From a virus (Duplodnaviria; Caudoviricetes): DNA of 64,000 bases. The position numbers and the translations under genes were made by a program. Position 1 is the stretch's first letter, and each line of letters begins with the position of its first letter. The stretch lies in the IMG/VR virus record IMGVR_UViG_3300017700_000931, positions 128,001 to 192,000 of that record; one strand, given 5' to 3'. Shown piece by piece: positions 1 to 7,740 of this stretch. Below the pieces are notes generated by a model, which was given only the letters and a program-made list of their open reading frames with translations, searched no databases and was not told the origin of the DNA.

Positions 1-53
1 GCGTATTTCATGTAGACGGTAATATCTGATAGGATTCTTGTCGAAATATCCAT
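1..53 (-). CDS. 5' end of a probable ribonucleotide reductase (class II/NrdJ-type N-terminus); runs off the window
   Basis: Manual translation gives MDISTRILSDITVYMKYA, which resembles the start of phage/Bacteroidota adenosylcobalamin-type RNRs; only 17 full codons are visible. Confidence 0.5.
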   Translation of the reverse strand, partial: MDISTRILSDITVYMKY

Positions 54-81
54 AGTAATTATTAGTATTTATTCTTAATTA

Positions 82-1482
82 TTATTGACCTTCTTTTTTC
101 TTGATTTCTGTCAGTGCATCCAGTACAAAGTTAACCCTATCTTGGTCTCTCTCTTTTTTAATTTCTTTCGTCTCAAGGAATGTCCTTCCTGTTTTTTTGG
201 TAACGTCGATTTGAATTCTACTATTGTCGAATGTAATATCCTCGAATATAATTCCATCTTTACCAAACCTAGATTTAAGAATGGCCATATTTGCAGTTCC
301 ATTCTCTTTTTGTTCTAATGTCTTAGCTACTGATACAATAAAATGGCCGATTTGACCTTTCTTTATTGAACCACCAATCATTGTTGAATCAACTGTGTCT
401 GCACCAATTGAACTTCTATTCCCTTGAATAGCGGTCCAACCAGCGATATCTAATTCTGAAAGCATGCTTTCAAATTCACGCATAACATTTCCTTCACCTA
501 CGTTAACGTCGTCAACATGTCTTGATGGCCTAATGCAATCAATGTAATCCACTAAAACTATATCTGGTTTAAACCCTTGAGCTATTAGCTTTCTAATATA
601 CTGTTTAATCATCGGTATGGTCGTACCGTCACTTGGGAACTTCTTTAATTTTAAAATTCCAATTTCTTCTTTTTTATCTTTCGCAATTTGAAGAATTTCT
701 TCTTTATTATCACTTAATTCGTTTAATGTAAATTTACCATTTGCCCAACAGGTCAAATGTTTTCTTTGGATAACCTTTGCATTATCCTCAAAGAATATTT
801 GTAATACATTTTTACCAACATTTTTACCAGTATTAGCTATCTTAGTAATTAATGTGGTTTTACCAACACCAAATGGTGCCAGAATGATACCTAATTCACC
901 TTTAGATAATCCACCATCCATAACCTCATCTAACCCATTAATACCTGTTGGTATTGGTTTTCTGAAATCATCAGATAAGACATCCGTAAGATTTTCAAAG
1001 ACATCCATTCCATCATCTTTGTTATTTCCAATTTCAAGAGCTTTTTTTAATAACTCTTCAATTTGGTCATAATCATCCAAATTACCTTTATCGATAATTT
1101 TTTGGATGAGCTTCATTGATTTCTTTAATTCCTGTTGTTTACAGAAATTCATCGCAATGTTTTGAACTTTAGGACTATCCTTTAATTCAGCATTTTTTAT
1201 TTTATTAATTTGTGTTTTTATGAAACCAATCGTGAACTCATTATTTATTTTTTCAACCAACCTAAATTCCAGACTGGATACGTCTGGAATTATTTCTTCG
1301 GTTTCATAAGCTTCTTTGATTTCATTGACTATTAACCTTAAGTGTTCGTCTTCAAAATAGTTTGGGTTAACAATATCCATAATACTGTTAGCAAATCTAT
1401 CGTCCGTTAGGAATTGTTGGATTAATCTTACTTGATAATCCAACCCTAAATATCCGAAATTTTCTTTATCTAATTTGTTCAT
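82..1482 (-). CDS. dnaB: Replicative DNA helicase, DnaB / T4 gp41-like
   Basis: Walker A APFGVGKT, Walker B VLVDYID, arginine finger KSRFG, SF4 layout. Confidence 0.95.
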   Translation of the reverse strand: MNKLDKENFGYLGLDYQVRLIQQFLTDDRFANSIMDIVNPNYFEDEHLRLIVNEIKEAYETEEIIPDVSSLEFRLVEKINNEFTIGFIKTQINKIKNAELKDSPKVQNIAMNFCKQQELKKSMKLIQKIIDKGNLDDYDQIEELLKKALEIGNNKDDGMDVFENLTDVLSDDFRKPIPTGINGLDEVMDGGLSKGELGIILAPFGVGKTTLITKIANTGKNVGKNVLQIFFEDNAKVIQRKHLTCWANGKFTLNELSDNKEEILQIAKDKKEEIGILKLKKFPSDGTTIPMIKQYIRKLIAQGFKPDIVLVDYIDCIRPSRHVDDVNVGEGNVMREFESMLSELDIAGWTAIQGNRSSIGADTVDSTMIGGSIKKGQIGHFIVSVAKTLEQKENGTANMAILKSRFGKDGIIFEDITFDNSRIQIDVTKKTGRTFLETKEIKKERDQDRVNFVLDALTEIKKKEGQ

Positions 1483-1517
1483 TTTTACTAAAACCCTTGT
1501 TTTAAATAAATATCAAA

Positions 1518-2033
1518 TTATGCCTCAAAATGATAAGGTGCTACCTCATATTTTAGTGAAATCTCACCATACGTATCAGTATAGGACTTTTTGCTTAAAT
1601 TTTGTCTAATTTCGGCAATAATTTCTGGAATAATATCTTTGATATTTACTTGATATCTTACCTTTGGTGGGAATACATTTCCACTGAACAATGTTTCACC
1701 AATTACAACACCATCTACTCTGATTTGGAAGCCAAAATCATCTTTTTTATCGTAAATATCTTTACGATTAATTTCATCTAATGTTTGAGGAGAATATGGT
1801 TTATAGTAACCCCACAAATATTCTCTAGATTTGTCTTGTAAATATTTTGGGATTAGCCCAAGCATACCAAAATCAGTATTGTTGGTTCCGGCTATTTTAT
1901 CAATCAATTCTTTTAACTCCATAGAGTTTTTAGAATCCTCATTGTAGTTACGAATGTCAAAATACCTCTGACAAATAATATTACCATTAATTAATAGTAA
2001 AAATTCAAATCTTTGTTTTTCAATCTTTTTCAT
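1518..2033 (-). CDS. Hypothetical protein (171 aa) between RNase H and helicase
   Basis: Full ORF packed in the replication operon; no motif recognised. Confidence 0.85.
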   Translation of the reverse strand: MKKIEKQRFEFLLLINGNIICQRYFDIRNYNEDSKNSMELKELIDKIAGTNNTDFGMLGLIPKYLQDKSREYLWGYYKPYSPQTLDEINRKDIYDKKDDFGFQIRVDGVVIGETLFSGNVFPPKVRYQVNIKDIIPEIIAEIRQNLSKKSYTDTYGEISLKYEVAPYHFEA

Positions 2034-2036
2034 ACT

Positions 2037-3122
2037 TTAGTTGTTTTCATTAATAATTGTTTTGTTTTCACGGTCTATCAGTTTTTTAAATGGTAATAGG
2101 AATTCAATCCCTATATTCCCAACTTTAACATCAATTCCATCTCTTTTCATTTTTATGTAAGCTTCTTTTATTCCTCTACCATCAGGGTCAATATCTGATT
2201 CCATTAAATTAGTAATCTTCTCGATTGCATTTTGGGTCATCATCGGAATTGATAAATCCACTAAAGATTTATTTCTTTCGTATAATTTCATACCCATTTT
2301 TATGTCAATTTTACCCTCTTTATCAGTCGTAATACCTTCAATTAAATTAGTTAGGGCTTGGAGCGGTTTCTTCTTATTTGCCACCCTTTCATCTTGAATT
2401 ATTTGAGCTTGTTCTAATATTTCTTGCAAAGTTACGGGTCTCTGAGCAATTTGTGGGAAGTTATTCAATAAAGTTTTTTCCTTAACACCCTTCACCCCTC
2501 TAATTGAATCACTTGAATCACCAGATATTGTTTTAATTAAAACTAAATTTTCCAAATGATGACCAAATTGTTGTTGGTAATTGTAAGTTGTGACGTAGGT
2601 CCTCAAATCAACTAAATACACTTGGGTGTCGTTGTTAACTAATTGACACAAATCTCTATCATTAGTCACGATTGTAACTTTATCATTAGCTTTTTTCGCT
2701 TTACAATAAAAGGCTATGAAATCATCACCTTCAACGATGTCCTCGTTTCTAATTTGCCTAACAAATAAATCTTCAAGATATTGTTGAATTTTTGCTCTTT
2801 CTATGATTTGATTTTCATCATCTGGTTGTGTACCATTAACGTAATCCTTACCTCTATCACTTTTATAATCAGGATATATTTCATATCTCAATTTTCCAGA
2901 GAATTTTCCATCCCAGAAAACAAAAACTCTGTGATAGATATTTTCGTTAAGTAATTTTCTTAATATTGTGAGGAATTGATAAATACCACCTATATGTTGT
3001 CCGGCACTATTGAACTCATCTTTAGCACCGTGGTAACCTATTTTAAATAAAGCATTACCGTCGACAACTAAGGTATTTGTATTTTCAATTTTAATCCCAT
3101 TTTTGGGAGGTCTTCTATTCAT
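2037..3122 (-). CDS. rnh: 5'-3' exonuclease / T4 RNase H-like flap endonuclease
   Basis: LVVDGN, VFWDG, EGDD, TNDRDLCQL and GDSSDSIRGVKG (H3TH) motifs of the FEN/PolI N-terminal family. Confidence 0.93.
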   Translation of the reverse strand: MNRRPPKNGIKIENTNTLVVDGNALFKIGYHGAKDEFNSAGQHIGGIYQFLTILRKLLNENIYHRVFVFWDGKFSGKLRYEIYPDYKSDRGKDYVNGTQPDDENQIIERAKIQQYLEDLFVRQIRNEDIVEGDDFIAFYCKAKKANDKVTIVTNDRDLCQLVNNDTQVYLVDLRTYVTTYNYQQQFGHHLENLVLIKTISGDSSDSIRGVKGVKEKTLLNNFPQIAQRPVTLQEILEQAQIIQDERVANKKKPLQALTNLIEGITTDKEGKIDIKMGMKLYERNKSLVDLSIPMMTQNAIEKITNLMESDIDPDGRGIKEAYIKMKRDGIDVKVGNIGIEFLLPFKKLIDRENKTIINENN

Positions 3123-3174
3123 TTCATCTTTATTAGATGGTTAAACAATCTATTTTTTAATAATACCCGAAGTA

Positions 3175-4290
3175 TTATTCATCACCTTCATGTAGGTCAT
3201 CACCCTCCATCACACCAGCTTCTTCAAGATATGTGACTTCAGCATCATATGGCACATTTAACATATCATGAATGAATTTTCTATGTTCAGTTTTGTATTC
3301 TTCAATTTCACTTGGATTAACATACCCGTGTGGGGTTGAAGCAATAACACCACTTCTTTCAATACCAGTGATATGGTTTTTTTCACATCTAATTTTTGCT
3401 TCAGTACCGAACTGAATATCTTGGTTCAATGATTTTGCCTTCAATTTAGTTGTTCCATGGGTTAAAATACCACCCAAGTGAACAATGATTCTTGAATTGA
3501 AGAACATGAATTCACCACCCTTGTGTTTAATAACAGTCCCATTCATACTATCCAACCAAATCTTTTGAACACAAATTAATGTGTTAATATATGGTGAATC
3601 TTCAGCTCTACTTGCTGGAATTTTGAAGTTAACAATTGCTTGAAACGCTCCCATAGCTCCAGCATTCCACATATTATTACTAGAATTTGATAACGCTGAT
3701 TTATAACAGTTCAAAGTTCCAATTGAATCCCAAAGGAAACACATATTATAAGGGAATTTACCATCCTCTTGTAATTGAATCATCTCACTTATGAATAATG
3801 CTACATCCTCTATCACTGGTTCGTTTCTAGTAGGTTTAGTCATCATTTTACTCTCTTGATGATTATAATTTTTATACTTTCTGTATAAATCTTGATTTCG
3901 TACTAGCAAGAAACCATCAGGTTTAGTCACAATTTCACCAGTTTTTTCATCAGTTTCTTCTTTGAATTTTACACCGATTTGTTTAGCGTGTGTCCATGAC
4001 CAGTTACCTTCTGTTTCTATTACGATTGGGAAGTCACCTATCTTTTGTGCTCCAGCAATTGCTTCATAAAATGCAGTTGATTTCCCAGTGTTAGAATAAC
4101 CCCTTACAAGGTTCACATAACCCCTAGCAAATCCGGGTAATTTAAGTGCATCATGCCAAGCTTTTGATAATGGTATCCATGATAGTGGTTTATCTTTTGG
4201 TGTTGAGTCAATACCTTGTTCAGTTAAAAAACTTTCTAAATCGAAATCATCTTTTTTAATAATTTTTTTTGGTGCTTGTTTTTTTGACAT
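3175..4290 (-). CDS. recA: RecA / UvsX-like recombinase
   Basis: Walker A GYSNTGKST, IETEG, Walker B FLWDSIG, IKHKGG and KIRCEKN segments. Confidence 0.9.
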   Translation of the reverse strand: MSKKQAPKKIIKKDDFDLESFLTEQGIDSTPKDKPLSWIPLSKAWHDALKLPGFARGYVNLVRGYSNTGKSTAFYEAIAGAQKIGDFPIVIETEGNWSWTHAKQIGVKFKEETDEKTGEIVTKPDGFLLVRNQDLYRKYKNYNHQESKMMTKPTRNEPVIEDVALFISEMIQLQEDGKFPYNMCFLWDSIGTLNCYKSALSNSSNNMWNAGAMGAFQAIVNFKIPASRAEDSPYINTLICVQKIWLDSMNGTVIKHKGGEFMFFNSRIIVHLGGILTHGTTKLKAKSLNQDIQFGTEAKIRCEKNHITGIERSGVIASTPHGYVNPSEIEEYKTEHRKFIHDMLNVPYDAEVTYLEEAGVMEGDDLHEGDE

Positions 4291-4333
4291 GGTTTATTGG
4301 TTAAATTTTAGTTATTTTTATATTAATATAAAA

Positions 4334-4416
4334 TGGTGAAAGGAAGCTGTAAGGATTACACTTATCTTCTAACGATAGCCTCTACATGGTCGCCTTGCCA
4401 GTAGCTATTATCACCA
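4334..4416. ncRNA. Candidate structured RNA (three-way junction) in the recA leader
   Basis: GC-richer island in AT-rich flanks; closing stem TGGTGA/TCACCA, arm GAAG..TGTAA/TTACA..CTTC, arm ATAGC-TAC-TGG/CCA-GTA-GCTAT. Confidence 0.4.
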
Positions 4417-4443
4417 CTATATAATAATAGTTAATTTTTAGAC

Positions 4444-4480
4444 AAAAAAATTTGGGTGAGCAAATAAACTCACCCAAATT
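4444..4480 (-). terminator. Intrinsic terminator after ssb
   Basis: 12-bp stem AATTTGGGTGAG/CTCACCCAAATT, 8-nt loop, T tract on the minus strand. Confidence 0.85.
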
Positions 4481-4491
4481 AATTTTAATTC

Positions 4492-5388
4492 TTAGAAAGG
4501 TAGGTCGTCTTCAACTTCTGTTGAAGGGTCAACACTTTCTTCTGTTTCAGCTGGTAATTCTGTTGATGCATCAGCACCAATTGTTAATTCTGATTCTTCA
4601 TCACTTGTGATGTCTTTATCAGTCAATGTGTTTTTATCCACCCATTCACCACCTTCACCAGAAGCATTTTTCTTCCAAGTTGGTTCTCCACCTTTAACAA
4701 TAATTTCAAGGTAAGAATATGGTTTTACTGAATAAACAGTTTCCCAAGTTCTATCATCATTCATCCAATTGTTGATTGTTTCTTCATCAGAATGTAATGG
4801 TGAAGGGTCACCTTGAACAATAGAGTTAACTGTTGGTCTGTTGTTTTGGTCTCTAGCGATAGTGATAATTAAATCTCTACCATTCTTTGGGTCCATAATA
4901 TTTGGTGCCGCAGAATCAGATATTGCCATAACTACACCAGCGATTTTATCAAAAATACCAGTTTTTCTATAGTCATGATTGAATCTCCAGAATTTTGGAC
5001 CTTCATCTTCGTGTGCTCTGTCAATTACTTTGACAACGTACATTTTTCTTGCGGAATAATTTTGTGCTAATTTTTTGTCATTTGCATCACCAGTTGCTAA
5101 TAGTGCTGCTCTAGCTTCACAGAATGGACAATCTTCATCTTTTTCATGTTTTGGACAAACAAAAGTTTTCCATTGACCATTTACTTGAGCCTTGTGACCC
5201 ATTACTTCAACAAATGGTGTTTCATTTTCTCCAACCGGAAGAATTCTAATTCTTTTAGTTATTGATTTTACACCGTCTGGTAAGAATGTTGTGAAATACT
5301 GTTTTAGTCTTTCATCATTTGTCATTTTTTTCGAAGCCTTGCTTGTGTTGTTGTTTTCGTACTGTTTTAAAATTGCATTTAAACTCAT
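4492..5388 (-). CDS. ssb: Single-stranded DNA-binding protein, T4 gp32-like
   Basis: IRILP, Zn-site CPKH..CPFC, YVVKVIDR, acidic tail ending DDLPF; adjacent to recA. Confidence 0.9.
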   Translation of the reverse strand: MSLNAILKQYENNNTSKASKKMTNDERLKQYFTTFLPDGVKSITKRIRILPVGENETPFVEVMGHKAQVNGQWKTFVCPKHEKDEDCPFCEARAALLATGDANDKKLAQNYSARKMYVVKVIDRAHEDEGPKFWRFNHDYRKTGIFDKIAGVVMAISDSAAPNIMDPKNGRDLIITIARDQNNRPTVNSIVQGDPSPLHSDEETINNWMNDDRTWETVYSVKPYSYLEIIVKGGEPTWKKNASGEGGEWVDKNTLTDKDITSDEESELTIGADASTELPAETEESVDPSTEVEDDLPF

Positions 5389-5469
5389 TTTGTTTTTTGT
5401 TTTTAGATTTACTATGTTATTATTTATTTTGCTTTTTTGTTCTTTTTCAAGTATAACTTATATGAATCA

Positions 5470-5497
5470 ATTATAATAAAAAGTCTGTAAAAGTCAA
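5470..5497 (-). promoter_or_regulatory. Sigma70-consensus-like promoter upstream of ssb
   Basis: Minus strand TTGACT-N16-TATAAT. Confidence 0.55.
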
Positions 5498-5607
5498 GTG
5501 ATTTATGGTTTTTTTTACACTTTTTTTTACTATTAAAACGTGAACAAATATTTCTACAAAATAACCGTATTTTTTTCAATTCTACAAGGGTGTTTTAAAA
5601 ATAATAC

Positions 5608-5642
5608 AAAAAAAAAGCGTAATCGAAATGACTACGCTTTTT
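5608..5642 (-). terminator. Intrinsic terminator
   Basis: Minus strand GCGTAGTC-ATTTC-GATTACGC stem followed by T9. Confidence 0.8.
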
Positions 5643-5661
5643 AATTTTCTAAAATTTTAAT

Positions 5662-6471
5662 TTAATAAATATCTTCTTCCTCGAATTCATTTGTATCGTT
5701 AAAACTAGTTTTAACAGAAGATTCATTATAGTCACTATTGACTTCATCTTGAGTTAAAGAATATACTTTAGGTTCCTCTTCTTTTTTCTTACCATTAACA
5801 CCCATTACATCATATTGACCTTCTTTTTCAGCCCAAAAATCAGTTAATTTTAAATTATAAGGATAAGAATCTAGAGACCTCATTTCAATTTTTTCCTCTG
5901 GTGTTGGGGCTCTTTTTTCTAATTCATTCTCCAAATTATCAATTTTAGCCGTAATTCCATCCATAGAATTCAATTTACCATCTAAGGTGTCAAGCATGCT
6001 CATTAGACTATCTAATTTTTGGTTAGCCATGTCAGCACTAGCTTTCGCTTCTTCAGTACCTTGTACCAATTCAGTAACATCAAGTTCCACTTCATCCTCA
6101 ACTGGTTCCATTTCTGCCCCACCATCGAGTCCGGCCATATCATCAACAGCATCCATACCATCAACTGGTGGTTCTTCAGTACCACCCATATCGTCCATTT
6201 CTGTACCATCAAGACCACCCATGTCATCACCAAGACCCATATCAGTATCATCACCTTCAAGGTCGGTCATATCTGCTCCACCAGATGCAGTTTGTGAATC
6301 ATCAGCCGGAAGTTCTTCGTCTTCTTCACCTTCCTCACCAAGAATAAGATTATCTGTATCATCATATACATCCATCTCATCTTCCTCACCAATATAAAAA
6401 TCATATTCGTTGATTTGCTTGAATCTGGCTAATTCCTCATTTAGAAGTTTTTGGTTAAATTTCTTATTCAT
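5662..6471 (-). CDS. Highly acidic, low-complexity protein with a C-terminal coiled coil (possible scaffold/internal head protein)
   Basis: D/E/G/M-rich DDMGG-like repeats, heptad region LDSLMSMLDTLDGKLNSMDGITAKIDNLENEL. Confidence 0.8.
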   Translation of the reverse strand: MNKKFNQKLLNEELARFKQINEYDFYIGEEDEMDVYDDTDNLILGEEGEEDEELPADDSQTASGGADMTDLEGDDTDMGLGDDMGGLDGTEMDDMGGTEEPPVDGMDAVDDMAGLDGGAEMEPVEDEVELDVTELVQGTEEAKASADMANQKLDSLMSMLDTLDGKLNSMDGITAKIDNLENELEKRAPTPEEKIEMRSLDSYPYNLKLTDFWAEKEGQYDVMGVNGKKKEEEPKVYSLTQDEVNSDYNESSVKTSFNDTNEFEEEDIY

Positions 6472-6475
6472 TGGA

Positions 6476-6655
6476 TTATGTTAATAATTCTCTGCCGTCT
6501 TGAGTAACGACTTTTTTATTTATTCTTTCAACTAGGCTTTTATCTGTTTTGATAATACACTCATCACCAGAACAATCCATTTCAGGTTGTACTTGGCTTT
6601 CTAAAAAGGAGTCCAAAGATTTTTCTAATTTCTTTTTGTTTTTATCATCTTTCAT
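6476..6655 (-). CDS. Small hypothetical protein (59 aa), absent from the ORF track
   Basis: MKDDKNKKKLEKSLDSFLESQVQPEMDCSGDECIIKTDKSLVERINKKVVTQDGRELLT; fills the gap and has TATTTAT upstream. Confidence 0.75.
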   Translation of the reverse strand: MKDDKNKKKLEKSLDSFLESQVQPEMDCSGDECIIKTDKSLVERINKKVVTQDGRELLT

Positions 6656-6702
6656 AACATTCGTTTTTAAATCATTGTTATTTAATAATAAATATTAGGA
6701 TA

Positions 6703-7107
6703 TTAGGGAAAAATACGCTTAATCCTATAAATAGTAAGTTCTCCGTTATTATTGAGTATTAAACTATTCTGATACTTTTCCCAATCAATAATGTGTTTCT
6801 TATAATCAATATTACCAATTTCTAATTCAGTTTCGGATTCAATCAGCTTATTCAACGCATTAATCGTATAGATAGCGGTCCCTTTTTTATGAATAAGGAT
6901 TGCATTAGGGAAATAGTGTTTTAAATCGAGTTTTTTACCATCTTTAAGAGTCAATTTAAATGTTACAATGATTTTTGATTCATCATCAATATTCTGGAAA
7001 AAGAATACCTTATCTTTGGTAACGTTAAATTTATTTTCTAGATAATTTAAGAACCATTCCAGTCTTTCTGGAAAAATAAATGAGGCTAATAAGATTGTTT
7101 TATCCAT
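6703..7107 (-). CDS. Hypothetical protein (134 aa)
   Basis: Full ORF overlapping the upstream stop codon. Confidence 0.8.
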   Translation of the reverse strand: MDKTILLASFIFPERLEWFLNYLENKFNVTKDKVFFFQNIDDESKIIVTFKLTLKDGKKLDLKHYFPNAILIHKKGTAIYTINALNKLIESETELEIGNIDYKKHIIDWEKYQNSLILNNNGELTIYRIKRIFP

Positions 7108-7702
7108 GTTTATTTATTGAATACAAAAATGGTATGTATCTGGGTTGATTATCCAACCTCTCCAAATGGTTTTTGTATTCAATAAATATTTCAATTCCTT
7201 CCAAAAATACTTTGGACATAGACTTTATCTGAGATATGATTTTATTATCATTAATGCCTAAATAACTAATGAGTTTTAAATCAATACCAAAAATAATATT
7301 ATCACCAAAAATGTATAACATTTTTTTTTCAGTAAGATAGCAAATTGGTTCATTTAATGACCTTATCTTAGTTATGATTTTCTTGATTTTGGTAGTTTTA
7401 AATTGTATTGGGTCAACAAAAATATATTTTATCGTTTTAATTGCATTATCAAAACAATAATCCATGAATTTATTGATATCGATTAAATAATATTTTTTTT
7501 GTTCGTCTTTAGTGAATGTCCAATGTATTCCATCTACTTCTCGTGATGAAAAATCTAAATTATCACCAAATTGTTTCTTCACTAAATCATAACCGACAAT
7601 AAGAGTTGGGATTCCTTGGATAACGTTATCCAAGGAATCTACCATATTAAACTCTTCACCAAGATTTAAATTAGTGTTTGAAACAATATTACCAATCTTC
7701 AT
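7100..7702 (-). CDS. Hypothetical protein (200 aa)
   Basis: Full ORF with a Bacteroidota-type promoter directly upstream. Confidence 0.8.
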   Translation of the reverse strand: MKIGNIVSNTNLNLGEEFNMVDSLDNVIQGIPTLIVGYDLVKKQFGDNLDFSSREVDGIHWTFTKDEQKKYYLIDINKFMDYCFDNAIKTIKYIFVDPIQFKTTKIKKIITKIRSLNEPICYLTEKKMLYIFGDNIIFGIDLKLISYLGINDNKIISQIKSMSKVFLEGIEIFIEYKNHLERLDNQPRYIPFLYSINKHG

Positions 7703-7706
7703 GGTA

Positions 7707-7737
7707 CAAAGATACTGAATTAAATCTTATATTCAAA
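7707..7737 (-). promoter_or_regulatory. Bacteroidota primary-sigma promoter
   Basis: Minus strand TTTG-N19-TATCTTTG matches the -33/-7 consensus TTTG-N19-21-TAnnTTTG. Confidence 0.65.
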
Positions 7738-7740
7738 GAC

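Noticed and set aside
4333-4404. 23-codon plus-strand ORF MVKGSCKDYTYLLTIASTWSPCQ
   Set aside because: Antisense to the operon and without initiation context; the RNA fold explains the sequence better
4334-4416. tRNA, because both strands end in TCACCA
   Set aside because: No 7-bp acceptor stem before NCCA, no TTCRA T-loop and no paired anticodon arm; kept only as an unknown structured RNA
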